Assembly: GCA_963664405.1 (NCBI GenBank)
Contig: OY761158.1
Span: forward strand, 6,080,001-6,144,000
Source: Thermoanaerobaculia bacterium
GTDB lineage: Bacteria > Acidobacteriota > Thermoanaerobaculia > Multivoradales > Multivoraceae
Direction of reading: 5' to 3'
Length of the DNA: 64,000 nucleotides
The notes under the pieces were generated by a model that had not been told where the DNA came from, did not search any database, and was given only the letters and a program-made list of their open reading frames with translations. A program made the position numbers and the translations under genes. Positions 38,235-47,353 of this stretch are shown here, piece after piece; position 1 is the stretch's first letter; every line of letters begins with the position of its first letter.

Positions 38235-39983
38235 ATGGTGATGAGACGGGTTCGAGTCAGCGTGCTCTGGATCGTGCTCTGGTCGTTAGCCAGTGTAGCC
38301 TCGGCCCAGGATCGTGTGGTCGTCCGGGGAGGAACCCTGCTGGATGTGCGAGACGGTAGTCTGAGAGCAGACGCGGTCATCGTGGTCGAGGGAGATCGAG
38401 TGGTGTCGGTCACCACCGGCGGGTCCGCACCCGCGGGAGGCACGATCCTGGATGCCACCGGGAAGTTCATCCTCCCCGGCTTCGTCGATGTCCACGTTCA
38501 CTACCCCGGTTGGGCGGCTGAGCTCTTTTTGAACCACGGAATCACCACGGTGGTGGACCTGGGCAACTCATATGAGTGGATCAAGGCGCAGAGGGAGGGG
38601 ATCGAGCGGGGAGCCATTCCGGGGCCTCGGCTCTTTCACGGCGGCAAGATCCTCGACGCCCCCCGTCAACTGTCGGTGGACCCGAACGGCATCTCCCAGA
38701 AGACCTACCAGCCGGTCGCGAGCGCCGAAGAAGCCCGCCGTGCGATGCGGAAGTACGTCGGCAATGTGCAGGTAATGAAAGTGTATGGCGACCGCCTAGC
38801 TCCGGCCGCCTTGCGTGCGGCGGTGGAAGAGGCCGACAAAGTCAACATACCGGTGATCGGCCATTTCACGGACGTCCGCGACGCTATCGAGGCCGGAGCT
38901 CACGGAGTCGAGCACACCGCGTCGGTGGCCGGGGCCATCGTCGACCCCGAGGCTCTGGCAGAGGCGCAGCCGAAGCTACGACAGGGCTTCAGGTACCGAC
39001 CCGAGGCCGTCATCGACGAGACGAAAGTTCCCGAGATCGTTCGCTCGATGGTGGAGGCTGGTCTCTATCTGAATCCGACCCTGAGGCAGACCTGGAGGGG
39101 AGACCGCACCCATCGAGAGCTCGGGTTTCCGTACCAGGATTTCGATTTGCTGATCAACAATTGGAGGCTGCGCTACGTCCCCGCGGACTACCCCGCCCTG
39201 GTGCTGAGGGGTTACCAGCAGATCGGGCCATGGAACTGGGCTGATCTCTCCCAGTACGAGCAGGACTTCCACCATAGGAGCTTCCAGAATTCTTCGCTCA
39301 TCGCCAAGGTGTTCGTGGATGCCGGAGGCAAGCTCTATGCGGGAACCGACGCGGGGGCAAACGTCACGCCGGGCCTGGCAATGCATCAGGAGCTCCAGCT
39401 GATTGTCAGAGCCGGCATCGGTGAGTTGCAGGCACTGCAGGCAGCTACCCTAAACCCGGCCGAGTTGATGCGAATGGCGGGTCGCCTCGGTACGGTCGAA
39501 GAAGGAAGTGTCGGCGACCTTCTCATCTTGGAGGAAAACCCCCTGCAGGACATCCGCAACACGCGAAAGATCTGGAAGGTGATGAGCCGAGGGCAGATCC
39601 TGAGTGGGGAATACGATCCTGACTTTCGAAATCCCATTCCCAGGGATCTCTTGGTGGATTACTTCCCATCCCCCGCGATTCAGGATGTTTCTCCTGAGGC
39701 TCTACTGGAGGGGGCCGGCGAGGTGACTCTGACGCTGAGAGGCACCGGCTTCACTCCCTACTCCACCGTCCACTTCGGTGGAGTCGAGCTCGAGACCGAA
39801 TGGATCGGTCCGTCCCGGATGACTGCCGAGCTCGTGGCCGAGTTGCTGCGACCGGGAACCTTCGCCGTGAGGGCGGAGAATCCGGGCTTTGGCGGGAGGC
39901 CTACTCTTGTCTCCAACGAGTTTCTTGTCCCGGTGATCCCGACGGCACTCGCTCCCACGGAGTTCCCGTCTCCGAAAGTATGA
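38235..39983 (+). CDS. Secreted amidohydrolase with C-terminal IPT/TIG-like domain
   Basis: LPGFVDVHVH, GITTVVD, AGTDAG, ATLNPA; C-terminal P.I..VSP...LTLRGTGF. Confidence 0.85.
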   Translation: MVMRRVRVSVLWIVLWSLASVASAQDRVVVRGGTLLDVRDGSLRADAVIVVEGDRVVSVTTGGSAPAGGTILDATGKFILPGFVDVHVHYPGWAAELFLNHGITTVVDLGNSYEWIKAQREGIERGAIPGPRLFHGGKILDAPRQLSVDPNGISQKTYQPVASAEEARRAMRKYVGNVQVMKVYGDRLAPAALRAAVEEADKVNIPVIGHFTDVRDAIEAGAHGVEHTASVAGAIVDPEALAEAQPKLRQGFRYRPEAVIDETKVPEIVRSMVEAGLYLNPTLRQTWRGDRTHRELGFPYQDFDLLINNWRLRYVPADYPALVLRGYQQIGPWNWADLSQYEQDFHHRSFQNSSLIAKVFVDAGGKLYAGTDAGANVTPGLAMHQELQLIVRAGIGELQALQAATLNPAELMRMAGRLGTVEEGSVGDLLILEENPLQDIRNTRKIWKVMSRGQILSGEYDPDFRNPIPRDLLVDYFPSPAIQDVSPEALLEGAGEVTLTLRGTGFTPYSTVHFGGVELETEWIGPSRMTAELVAELLRPGTFAVRAENPGFGGRPTLVSNEFLVPVIPTALAPTEFPSPKV

Positions 39984-40014
39984 GACAGTTGTGAGGGCTG
40001 GTCATCAGGTGGTT

Positions 40015-40887
40015 ATGACTCTTCAGCGGACGTTGCTGGTCACCCTCCTTTCGCTGGCCGGCTCTGCATCTGTCTGGGCTGAGTGCGGCGAGGCCGGCGT
40101 CGCGGTCCAGATACTAGGGTCGGGCGGCCCGACCGGGTCGAGTCGCGCGTCGGCCGGATACATTGTCTGGATCGACGGAGTCAGCCGCATTATGGTGGAC
40201 GCCGGCGGCGGCACCTTCGCGCATTTTCATGAGTCGGGTGCGAAGGTCGATGACCTGCAACTGCTCGCGCTGAGCCATTTTCATCCCGATCACTCTGCTG
40301 AAGTGCCGGCGATTTTGTGGCCGCGAGGTGGCAACCTGCGCGTCTCAGGCCCGTCTGGGAGCGCGGGATTCCCCTCGCTAGGCGAATTCCTCGACGGCTT
40401 GTTTGGCGCGAATGGCGTATTCCGAGTGTTGAATAGCCGTGCGAGCTTCGACCCGGTAACGGTAGACGCGGCAGTGCGAGCTCCGGTGGAAGTGCTTGCC
40501 GACGAAGAAGTGCGGGTCTCGGCTATCGGCGTGCCGCACGGTTCGGTTCCTGCACTGGCATATCGAGTCGAGGTCGGTGGCTCGAGTGTCGTCTTCAGCA
40601 GTGACCAGAATGGCTCGGATCCGGCGTTTGTGAAGTTCAGTCGCGGCGCGGACGTCTTGATCGTTCATTTCGCCGGTTCGGAAGAAGGCGGCCGAGCGCA
40701 GAGCCGGAATCTGCACGCCAAACCGAGCGTTTGGGGACAGATTGCGACCGATGCCGAGGTCGGCACTCTAGTTCTCAGCCACATCTCTTCGAATCAGGAT
40801 TTCGATGCGAACCTGGCGCATCTGAAGTCACGCTATAGCGGACCACTCGTGGTGGCTGAAGATCTGATCTGCGTAGCTGTCGACTAG
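40015..40887 (+). CDS. MBL-fold metallohydrolase (RNase Z/arylsulfatase-like), secreted
   Basis: VQILGSGGP, VDAGGG, SHFHPDH, FSSDQ, LVLSH. Confidence 0.85.
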   Translation: MTLQRTLLVTLLSLAGSASVWAECGEAGVAVQILGSGGPTGSSRASAGYIVWIDGVSRIMVDAGGGTFAHFHESGAKVDDLQLLALSHFHPDHSAEVPAILWPRGGNLRVSGPSGSAGFPSLGEFLDGLFGANGVFRVLNSRASFDPVTVDAAVRAPVEVLADEEVRVSAIGVPHGSVPALAYRVEVGGSSVVFSSDQNGSDPAFVKFSRGADVLIVHFAGSEEGGRAQSRNLHAKPSVWGQIATDAEVGTLVLSHISSNQDFDANLAHLKSRYSGPLVVAEDLICVAVD

Positions 40888-41041
40888 GGCTGGCCGCCCA
40901 GGGCACCCCACCTCACCGCGTGCTCGTCACTCCGCTCCTCGCCGTACGCAGAGTACGGCTGCGTCGCCTCGTTCCTGCGCTGCGGCGATCTGGGGCACCC
41001 TGAACGCCCAGCACGGGTTGATGCGAGAAACGCTGGTCTAG
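40884..41041. repeat. CTAG-bounded palindromic miniature element (REP/MITE-like)
   Basis: ~30-bp imperfect arms (GCTGGCCGCCCAGGGCACCCCA / TGGGGCACCCTGAACGCCCAGC), inner hairpin GCCGTAC-GCAGA-GTACGGC; right end GAAACGCTGGTCTAG identical to the 52096-52110 terminus. Confidence 0.75.
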
Positions 41042-41193
41042 TACATGCGTTGCCTTGGTTTGAAACTAGAGGTTTGACCCGTACTCTCGAATTTACATTT
41101 CTGACGTGAGCTTTTCACCCTCTTGACGACTTCGAAGTCGGGGCTCCATACACTTCGAAAGCGCAGTGTTTTACACCTGAAAAGGAGAACAAT

Positions 41194-41415
41194 ATGTCTG
41201 GAGAAACTCGGAACCATCTGGAGCATGTGCTCGAGAACGTCAAGACCAGCCGTCGTGAGGCTCTAAAGCGCCTGCTCGTCGGTGGTGGTGTCTTGGCGGT
41301 TCTACCCCCCGTATCGGTCGCGCTGGCCCAGGGCGGAGGCCGGGGCAAGGGCGAGGGCGGAGGCCGGGGCCGGGGCAAGGGCGAGGGACCAGGCACAGAA
41401 ACAGGAACAGAGTGA
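41194..41415 (+). CDS. 73-aa precursor-like peptide: twin-arginine-like leader plus Gly/Arg/Lys-rich repeat core
   Basis: RBS AAGGAG; SRREALKRLL..hydrophobic..ALA-QGGGRGKGEGGGRGRGKGEGPGTETGTE; stop overlaps the next start (GTGA). Confidence 0.7.
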   Translation: MSGETRNHLEHVLENVKTSRREALKRLLVGGGVLAVLPPVSVALAQGGGRGKGEGGGRGRGKGEGPGTETGTE

Positions 41416-42581
41416 AACTCCTCCTCGTCAAACCTTCAGCGCTGGTGGCGCCGGTGGGAGACGGCTACGTCGTCTACGATGTCGAGGAGGATCAGCTACA
41501 CCACTTGAATCCTTCGGCAGCCCTGATCGTGGAGTTGTGTGACGGCTCCCGTCATCTCGACCAGATCAGGGCTGCTCTCCTCCCTCTGCTCGGCGAGTCC
41601 GGATGGGAGGATTGCGTTCGCTGGATCGACGAGGCGGAGAGGACTGGCCTACTGGTGAGCGGGCCTCCCGCTGGGCTCGGTGGCGCCGAGGTCTCCGCCA
41701 ACCGACTCGTCGAGCTTGCGGATCGCCTTCGTAGCGATGACCGAGTACTCGCGGCGTTCGTTTGCCAGACGCACGCCGCCGAGCTGGCTCCCGACGAGCC
41801 GCTGATGTGGTGTCGACTCGGTGAGCTCGCTCACATCGTCGGTCGCAGAGCCGAGGCGCGCGAAGCGTACGAGCGCTACTTCGAAAGACATCCTGAGGAC
41901 GCGGAGGTCGAGCACATTCTGGTGGCACTCCGCGATGATGCGCCACCGGCGCGAGCTTCCGATCAGTTCATCGAGCAGCTCTATTCGCGCTTCGCATCTT
42001 TCTACGACACCAACATGTGCGACGAGCTCGAGTATCGGGCCCCTCGCCGGCTGTTCGAGGTCGTTTCTCCGACTCTGGCGGGTCGCGATCAGCTCGACGT
42101 GCTGGATCTCGGTTGTGGCACGGGGCTGAACGGCGAGCTGCTTCGCGCTCATGCGCGGCGACTGATTGGTATCGACCTTTCGCCGCAGATGATCGAGCGG
42201 GCTCAGGAGAGAGCGGTCTACGACGAGCTGCATCAGGCAGAGATCACGGCCTGGCTGGAGGGCTGTGCCGCGCGCTACGACCTGATTGCCGCCTGCGACA
42301 CGCTGATCTACTTCGGCGACTTACGCCAGGTGGTGCTGCCGGCGGCACGCAGGCTGAGTGCGAACGGAACGATCGCTTTTACCGTCGAGCGGGGCGACAA
42401 CGCCCCGTTTCAGCTCGGCGACTCGGGGCGCTTCACCCACCACCCCGATCATCTGCGTGCCGTGGCGGCCGAGACTGGACTGTCGGTAGTGGGAATCGAG
42501 GAGACCGTGCTGCGCTCAGAGTACGGCGATCCCGTGGAAGGGCTGGTTGCCGTGTTCTCTACTGACTCGGTCCCTCCCTAG
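41412..42581 (+). CDS. PqqD/RRE domain + TPR + class I SAM-dependent methyltransferase fusion
   Basis: N-terminal DGYVVYD...HHLNPSAALIVELCDGSR...GLL (PqqD-like); TPR segment; VLDLGCGTG, GIDLSPQM, DTLIYFGDL, AFTVE, SGRFTH (COG4976-like methyltransferase). Confidence 0.82.
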   Translation: MKLLLVKPSALVAPVGDGYVVYDVEEDQLHHLNPSAALIVELCDGSRHLDQIRAALLPLLGESGWEDCVRWIDEAERTGLLVSGPPAGLGGAEVSANRLVELADRLRSDDRVLAAFVCQTHAAELAPDEPLMWCRLGELAHIVGRRAEAREAYERYFERHPEDAEVEHILVALRDDAPPARASDQFIEQLYSRFASFYDTNMCDELEYRAPRRLFEVVSPTLAGRDQLDVLDLGCGTGLNGELLRAHARRLIGIDLSPQMIERAQERAVYDELHQAEITAWLEGCAARYDLIAACDTLIYFGDLRQVVLPAARRLSANGTIAFTVERGDNAPFQLGDSGRFTHHPDHLRAVAAETGLSVVGIEETVLRSEYGDPVEGLVAVFSTDSVPP

Positions 42582-42798
42582 TCGTCGGCGACTTTGCCTA
42601 CCACCTGACCCAACATCTCTTCAACACCGAGGAGCGTCTGTTCGCCGATCCCGACGGCACCATCCGAGCGCGTTGCCGACTTGGCCGGAGTCGACTTTCG
42701 ACGTGTGCGCTTATGGATCTTTGCCCGTACTGCTGTCACGCCTCCAGACGGGAGAGGGATGCGGTCCCCGCCTTCTTGCGATCGATCGCGCCGCACTG
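42581..42798 (+). pseudogene. APH(6)/hydroxyurea-resistance kinase family, C-terminal remnant
   Basis: VVGDFAYHLTQHLFNTEERLFADPDGTI then, after a frameshift, RVADLAGVDFRRVRLWIFARTA. Confidence 0.6.
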
Positions 42799-42966
42799 AA
42801 AGTGGACCGTAACACTCGAACGTTTAGTGGCTGAGTGAGTCATTCGTGGTCGAGATCAAGGCGCGCTGACGCAGGCATATCGGGGACTATGTCGAGGAAG
42901 CGTAACGCAGAGATCGGCCGCGAGGGCCGCTCAGGCGCTAAACGTTTGGGTGTTACGGCCCACTAG
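42799..42966. repeat. Palindromic miniature element (REP/MITE-like), right end CTAG
   Basis: Arms AGTGGACCGTAACACTCGAACGTTTAGTGGCTGAG / CTCAGGCGCTAAACGTTTGGGTGTTACGGCCCACTAG; core shared with 51945-52110. Confidence 0.82.
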
Positions 42967-43036
42967 ATCGAAGGAGACTGCTCGAGGGCGCCTGGAGGCG
43001 GGATACCATCGCCAGGCGCGGAAGGAGAATCTCCTT

Positions 43037-44563
43037 ATGTTGATTCGAGTCATCGCCCTCCTCTTCCCTTCGCTGTTGATGGTTGTTGCTGGCTTCGCCC
43101 AGGATCGGGCGCGCCCGAACATCCTCTTCATCTTTTCGGACGACCACGCCTATCAGGCGATCAGCGCCTACGGCTCGCGGATCAACCACACCCCGAATAT
43201 CGATCGCCTTGCCCGGGAGGGGATGAGGTTCGAGAACGCCCTGGTCACCAACTCGATCTGCGCGCCGAGTCGGGCGGTGATCCTCAGCGGCAAGTACAGC
43301 CACCTCAACGGTGTTCTCGACAACGTCCTGGCCTTCGACGGCTCGCAGCAGACCTTCCCGAAGCTGCTTCAGCAGGCCGGGTATCAGACCGCGATGATCG
43401 GCAAGTGGCATCTCAAGAGCGATCCGACCGGGTTCGATCATTGGGAGGTGCTGCCCGGGCAGGGCTCCTACTACAACCCCGACATGCGCATCGAGGGAGG
43501 GGAGCGGCAACATCACGGCTATGTGACCGACATCATCACCGATCTGACCTTGGAGTGGCTCGAGGAGAAGCGTGACGACGATCGGCCGTTCATGGTGATG
43601 ACCCAGCACAAAGCCCCGCATCGCAACTGGATGCCGGGTCCAGAGCATCTGACGCTCTACGACGGGGTGACGCTGTGGGAGCCGCCGACGCTCTTCGACG
43701 ACTATGCCAACCGTGCGAGCCCGGCACGTCTCCAGGAAATGGAGATCGGGCGTCACATGAGGGATTGGCACGACCTGAAAATCAAGCCGCCAGCCGATAC
43801 TCCCGAGAGCGATCTCCTACTACGAAGGTGGCTTCTGACCTACGGTCGCCTCGACGAGGGGCAGCGATTGGTTTGGGATGCCATCTACGAGCCCAAGAAC
43901 GCTGCGTTCGCGGCGGCCAATCTCAAGGGGCGCGAGCTGGTGCGCTGGAAGTACCAGCGCTACATCAAGGATTACCTGCGCACCATCGCTTCCATCGACG
44001 ACAATGTCGGGAGACTTCTGCGCTACCTCGATGCGACCGGCCTGGCGGAGAACACCGTCGTCATCTACAGCTCCGACCAGGGTTTCTACCTGGGGGAGCA
44101 CGGCTGGTTCGATAAACGGTGGATGTATGAAGAGTCACTCAAGACTCCACTCCTCGTGCGCTGGCCCGGCGTGGTGGCAGGGGGAAGCGTCAACACCGAC
44201 ATGGTCTCCAACCTGGATTACGCCGAGACTTTCCTGGAGATCGCGGGCGTCGAGGCTCCCGATGCGATGCAGGGCCGGAGCCTGGTGCCACTACTCGCCG
44301 GCAGCACTCCCGGCGATTGGCGGCAGAGCTTCTACTACCACTACTACGAGAAGGGGGTGCACAACGTGGCGCCCCACGAAGGCCTGCGGACCCCGACCCA
44401 CAAGCTGATCTCCTACTACGAGACCGGAGAGTGGGAGCTCTTTGATTTGGAAGCCGACCCTCACGAGCTGCGAAGTGTGTATGGTGCGAAAGGTTACCGG
44501 CGGCTTCAGAGTGAGCTACTGGAGGAGATGGAACGGCTGCGGCGTGAGTTGGGCGTGCCCTGA
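43037..44563 (+). CDS. Sulfatase (N-acetylglucosamine-6-sulfatase-like), secreted
   Basis: [47 protein letters not shown]. Confidence 0.93.
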   Translation: MLIRVIALLFPSLLMVVAGFAQDRARPNILFIFSDDHAYQAISAYGSRINHTPNIDRLAREGMRFENALVTNSICAPSRAVILSGKYSHLNGVLDNVLAFDGSQQTFPKLLQQAGYQTAMIGKWHLKSDPTGFDHWEVLPGQGSYYNPDMRIEGGERQHHGYVTDIITDLTLEWLEEKRDDDRPFMVMTQHKAPHRNWMPGPEHLTLYDGVTLWEPPTLFDDYANRASPARLQEMEIGRHMRDWHDLKIKPPADTPESDLLLRRWLLTYGRLDEGQRLVWDAIYEPKNAAFAAANLKGRELVRWKYQRYIKDYLRTIASIDDNVGRLLRYLDATGLAENTVVIYSSDQGFYLGEHGWFDKRWMYEESLKTPLLVRWPGVVAGGSVNTDMVSNLDYAETFLEIAGVEAPDAMQGRSLVPLLAGSTPGDWRQSFYYHYYEKGVHNVAPHEGLRTPTHKLISYYETGEWELFDLEADPHELRSVYGAKGYRRLQSELLEEMERLRRELGVP

Positions 44564-44676
44564 GCTCACCCTCCACTAGGGGACTCTGGCACGCCGCGCG
44601 CGGCATCGCGCAGGAGAAGAACTCGGCGGCGGGTCGGGCTCCACTCACAGCGCGCGGCCATCGATCCCGGTCAGGC

Positions 44677-44705
44677 TTGACGCGACACCCACCAGACTCT
44701 AGTGT
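44677..44705 (+). promoter_or_regulatory. Putative sigma70 promoter
   Basis: TTGACG-N17-TAGTGT upstream of the GGAGG RBS of the 44730 gene. Confidence 0.35.
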
Positions 44706-44729
44706 GTCCCGACCACTGGAGGCGACACC

Positions 44730-46280
44730 GTGACCCGCATCGAGAGCTACCTCAACGACACCTGGCAGAGCGGCCGGGAACCCATGATCGCACTCGTTAA
44801 TCCTGCCACCGAAGAGACACTGGCCGAGACCTCGACGCAAGGTTTGGACTTCACGGCGGCCCTCGCCTTCGCCCGAGACGTGGGCGGACCCTCCCTGCGC
44901 GCGCTGGGATTCGAGGGTCGATCCACACTGCTCGAGGAGATGAGCCGTCTGCTTTACGAACAACGTGAGCGCCTGATCGAAATCTCCATTGCCAACGGCG
45001 GCAACACACGCGGAGACGCCAAATTCGACATCGACGGGGCGACCGGCGCCCTGACCTACTATTCACGGCTCGGTTCCCAATTGGGCACCGGCAACGCGCT
45101 CTGGGATGGCGAATCCGAGCAGCTCGCGCGCTCGCCGCGCTTCCACGGCCGCCACCTCATGGTCCCTCTCCGAGGAGCGGCGGTGCATGTCGGCGCCTTC
45201 AATTTTCCCGCCTGGGGTACCTTCGAGAAGGCGGCCGTTGCCTTGCTGGCGGGCGTTCCGGTGGTCAGCAAGCCCGCTACATCTTCCTGCTTGCTGACTT
45301 GGGAGATGACGCGGATCCTGGTCGAGTCGGGAGTCCTGCCCGCGGGCAGCTTCCAGCTCGTCGCGGGATCGGCGGGAGATCTCCTTGCAGGCCTCGGGGG
45401 CCAGGATACCCTCGCTTTCACGGGCTCAGCGGACACAGCGGCACGCCTCCGCGCCGGTGCGGGTCCGGTACGCGAGAGCACCCGTATCAACATCGAGGCC
45501 GACTCTCTCAACGCGGCCCTTCTCGGCCCTTCGGTCGAGACCGGGACGACGGTGTGGGACGCTTTCATCCGGGCGGTCGTCAGCGAGATGACGCAGAAGG
45601 CTGGCCAGAAGTGCACGGCCATCCGTCGCATCATCGTTCCGACGAGCCAGATAGACAATGTCCAGGAAGCTCTCTGCGCGGAGCTGGCCGAGGTCAAGGT
45701 GGGCAACCCGGCCTTGGAGGAGGTTCGTATGGGACCCCTCGCGACGGCGGACCAGCTCGAGGATTATCGGGCGGGAGTGGCTAGCTTGGCAGAACAAGCG
45801 CGCATTGTCTTCGGAGATCCCACACGCGTAGATACCCTTGGCGTCCCTGCTGGCAAGGGTTATTTCGCGGCGCCGGTCCTGCTGCGAGCCGAGAATGCTC
45901 TGGCCGCCCACGAGGTACACCGCCGCGAGGTTTTTGGCCCCGTGGCGACATTGCTGCCCTACGATGGTAGCGTCGCAGAGGCCGTTGAGATCGTCGCGCG
46001 CGGTGGTGGCTCGCTGGTCAGCTCGGTCTTTGCGACAGACCGTGATTTCCTCAGCAGTGTCCTGCCGGAGCTGGCTCCCTACAACGGCCGCATTCTGGCG
46101 ATCGACCCGAAAGTCGCGGAGGTGGCCACGCCTCATGGCACCGTGCTTCCTTCGGTTGTCCACGGTGGCCCTGGACGTGCGGGAGGTGGCGAAGAGCTGG
46201 GTGGGAGACGGGGGCTCTCTTTCTATATGCAACGCTCCGGTCTGACCGGAAACCGAGCTCTGATCGACAAGATCGTGTGA
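44730..46280 (+). CDS. Aldehyde dehydrogenase of the PaaZ-N/BoxD (3,4-dehydroadipyl-CoA semialdehyde dehydrogenase) type
   Basis: DAKFDIDG, AFNFPAWG, EADSLN, EMTQKAGQKCTAIRR, HGGPGRAGGGEELGG; lacks the PaaZ MaoC domain. Confidence 0.85.
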   Translation: MTRIESYLNDTWQSGREPMIALVNPATEETLAETSTQGLDFTAALAFARDVGGPSLRALGFEGRSTLLEEMSRLLYEQRERLIEISIANGGNTRGDAKFDIDGATGALTYYSRLGSQLGTGNALWDGESEQLARSPRFHGRHLMVPLRGAAVHVGAFNFPAWGTFEKAAVALLAGVPVVSKPATSSCLLTWEMTRILVESGVLPAGSFQLVAGSAGDLLAGLGGQDTLAFTGSADTAARLRAGAGPVRESTRINIEADSLNAALLGPSVETGTTVWDAFIRAVVSEMTQKAGQKCTAIRRIIVPTSQIDNVQEALCAELAEVKVGNPALEEVRMGPLATADQLEDYRAGVASLAEQARIVFGDPTRVDTLGVPAGKGYFAAPVLLRAENALAAHEVHRREVFGPVATLLPYDGSVAEAVEIVARGGGSLVSSVFATDRDFLSSVLPELAPYNGRILAIDPKVAEVATPHGTVLPSVVHGGPGRAGGGEELGGRRGLSFYMQRSGLTGNRALIDKIV

Positions 46281-46379
46281 TCCGCCGCGGGATCCAACAG
46301 CTGCTTCCGTCATCCGTATTCAGCCGTTCTCAGCGCTGGCCGAGTTTGCCGTAGAAGAGGTGCCTGCCCCCTTCGACGG

Positions 46380-46436
46380 CTAGCCTGGACTATTCATGAG
46401 GTCCGTAGTAGGAGCTTCATGAATAATCCAGGCTAG
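46380..46436. repeat. 57-bp CTAG-bounded palindrome between convergent genes (possible terminator function)
   Basis: CTAGCCTGGACTATTCATGA...TCATGAATAATCCAGGCTAG; right CTAG contains the TAG stop of the minus-strand gene. Confidence 0.85.
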
Positions 46437-47353
46437 GGACAGGCGGTGGCGAAGGCCGATGTATCGGTGATCGCCGCCGCAGACGTGCCCAGCGGGTTCA
46501 TGTATTGCCTGACGGTGCCGTACTCGGTGTCGGTCACCGTCAACGTGTACTCCACATTGGTGGTGGCCGCGGCGAAGGCCCAGTAATTGCCGTTGATGCT
46601 ACAGCCGTCGAGCACCTTCACCATCATCTCCCAGTTGTCGGGGCTGAAGAACCAGAAAACCCCCGAGTCGTCAGAGCTGATGGTGGGATAGCCACTGCCG
46701 ACTTGACCCTTGAAGTCACGCCAGCTGATCTCGACCCGGAAGCGTCCTCCGTTCAGACACATCGTAGTGTCGTCGGCGGTGCAGCCGTCGCCGCCTCCGG
46801 TGATCTGGCCTTTGAAGTAGCGCGAGGCTTGCTCGTAGGCGTCCGGGCCGATCTTGGCGCCCATGAAGCGGCCGGGGATGTCGTCGGCGGTGGGGTGGAT
46901 GCCGCCGTAGATGCGCGAGAGACTGCACTCGTCGGCGGCATCGTAGTACTTTGCCCACTGCAAGGTGACATCGACGCTCGGGCCCTCTTCGAAGACGAGG
47001 AACTCGTTCTGCGGGGCGAAGAACTCACCGAGACCGCCGGGAAAGAACTCGTCGCCGGTGAGCATCGACATTACCGCCGCCGCGGCTCGGCTGTAGGTAC
47101 TGTGCCCAGAGACGTAGCCCGCGAACGGCGGGGTGACGAAGGTCGGACGTTGGTAGGGCCACCAGTCTTCGGCCAGAATCCATCCCGTCCCGGCGCTGTC
47201 GATCGCGGGATTGAAGATGAAGCCGGGGCCGCGCCAGGCGTAAACCGCGATCTTGCCGATGTTGGCGCCGCCGACGCCGGCCAGGTGTTGGTGAAAACCG
47301 CCGGGTCCGGTACTTTCTTCGGTCACCAGCTCGATCGAGCCGGGGTGAAGCCC

